Shown here piece after piece: positions 9,016-9,285 of a stretch of DNA of 9,285 bases. Positions within the stretch are counted from its first letter, which is position 1. Each line of letters starts with the position of its first letter. This stretch comes from Geosiphon pyriformis uo1 (lineage: Eukaryota > Fungi > Glomeromycota). The notes under the pieces are model-generated. The model was given only the letters and a program-made list of their open reading frames with translations. It did not search any database and was not told the origin of the DNA. A program made the translations under genes and the position numbers. Location: NCBI GenBank assembly GCA_016748015.1, contig JAAOMT010000092.1, forward strand, positions 43,235 to 52,519, read 5' to 3'.

Positions 9016-9285
9016 TTGGTTAAATTAACAATAATAGTGTATATACATTAAGAAATTCAAATTTGATTAATTGATGAGATTAGTAAACACTTTAATAATA
9101 ATAAGAATTGATTTTTTATTATTAATATTTAAAAATATAGTATAAATTATCATATATAATACACTTTTTAAAATAAAATTATTTTTATTTTCAAATATAA
9201 TGATATTAACTTTAAAGTGTTTTTTTTCAAAAATATGTGTATAAACATATTTGAAATATTAAAGGTCGAAAATTTCATATTTTGG

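Larger units (their letters stand above)
1363..9020 (+). mobile_element. Degenerate Ty3/Gypsy (Metaviridae) LTR retrotransposon carrying a dUTPase, 3'-truncated
   Basis: Domain order gag-PR-(extras)-RT-RH-IN is diagnostic of Ty3/Gypsy, as is the RT motif YLD(D>N). Ends are approximate. No 3' LTR was found. Confidence 0.95.

Overview
An extremely AT-rich eukaryotic transposon graveyard with no intact gene. Two retroelements lie back to back. (1) About 300-1362 (-) is a fragment of an APE-type non-LTR retrotransposon (LINE): the probable C-terminus of ORF1 plus the endonuclease domain of ORF2. (2) About 1363-9020 (+) is a nearly full-length but dead Ty3/Gypsy LTR retrotransposon. Reading through stops and frameshifts, its order is LTR/leader, gag (capsid, CCHC knuckle), aspartic protease, a roughly 200-codon Cys-rich domain of unknown function, a five-motif dUTPase, a roughly 140-codon insert, RT, RNase H and integrase. 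Both elements are saturated with C>T and G>A transitions (RIP-like), which must be reverted to see the motifs. The main points of interest are the extra Pol cargo (Cys-rich domain plus dUTPase) and the context-broad hypermutation. From memory the element families resemble those of Glomeromycota fungi such as Geosiphon, which is unverified. Domain boundaries are approximate and were read by eye.
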